This document shows positions 63,837-64,000 of a stretch of 64,000 bases of DNA, one piece after another. Within the stretch, counting starts at the first letter, position 1, and each line of letters starts with the position of its first letter. The position numbers and the translations under genes were made by a program. The notes beneath the pieces were generated by a model. That model was not told where the DNA came from. It worked only from the letters and a program-made list of their open reading frames with translations, and did not search any database. Source of the stretch: Eledone cirrhosa (lineage: Eukaryota); NCBI GenBank assembly GCA_964016885.1, contig OZ024745.1:101184001-101248000 (forward strand), given 5' to 3'.

Positions 63837-64000
63837 GAAAGAGATAGAAGGCTGAAAAATGCCAAATGGACTGTAAGATGAGGTATCGAAAAGTAAAAGT
63901 TACCTGGTGATCTTTGCTTTCTTGTTCTTCTTCTTTTATCTGTCCAATATCTTTTATCTAGCCTTGGGTTACGATGAAAGGATCGTAAGTGATTAAATGT

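Overview
AT-rich, microsatellite-saturated eukaryotic (animal) DNA with no convincing host gene. The repeat content suggests a coleoid cephalopod such as Octopus; this is inference and was not checked. The window is a transposon landscape. It holds one full-length, apparently intact Tx1-clade LINE (31412-37132, 19-bp TSD), a near-complete but frameshifted Penelope-like element (PLE; RT + GIY-YIG, Naiad-like, 26623-30590, minus), a 5'-truncated Neptune-like PLE (45875-48110), CRE-like and RTE LINE fragments, about 20 copies of one tRNA-derived SINE, a Helitron-like element, hAT MITEs and a fold-back LTR. The hidden layer is a set of short, often palindromic PLE end-remnants sitting in (TA)n tracts, which together carry roughly 15 hammerhead ribozyme (HHR) motifs from about 10 families. 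The most striking is a family seen at three diverged loci (1310-1411 +, 24716-24818 -, and 55279-55354 plus 56629-56656 -, split by an RTE insertion). Its three hammerhead core strands occur in the order NUH > GAAA > CUGANGA, which is not a circular permutation (not type I, II or III). Covarying helices close it, and a C/D-type kink-turn lies in stem III. Other variants include U3-A8 cores, a multibranched stem II with a pseudoknot, and recurrent U10.1-U11.1 pairs. All RNA structures were read by eye; no folding or database search was run.
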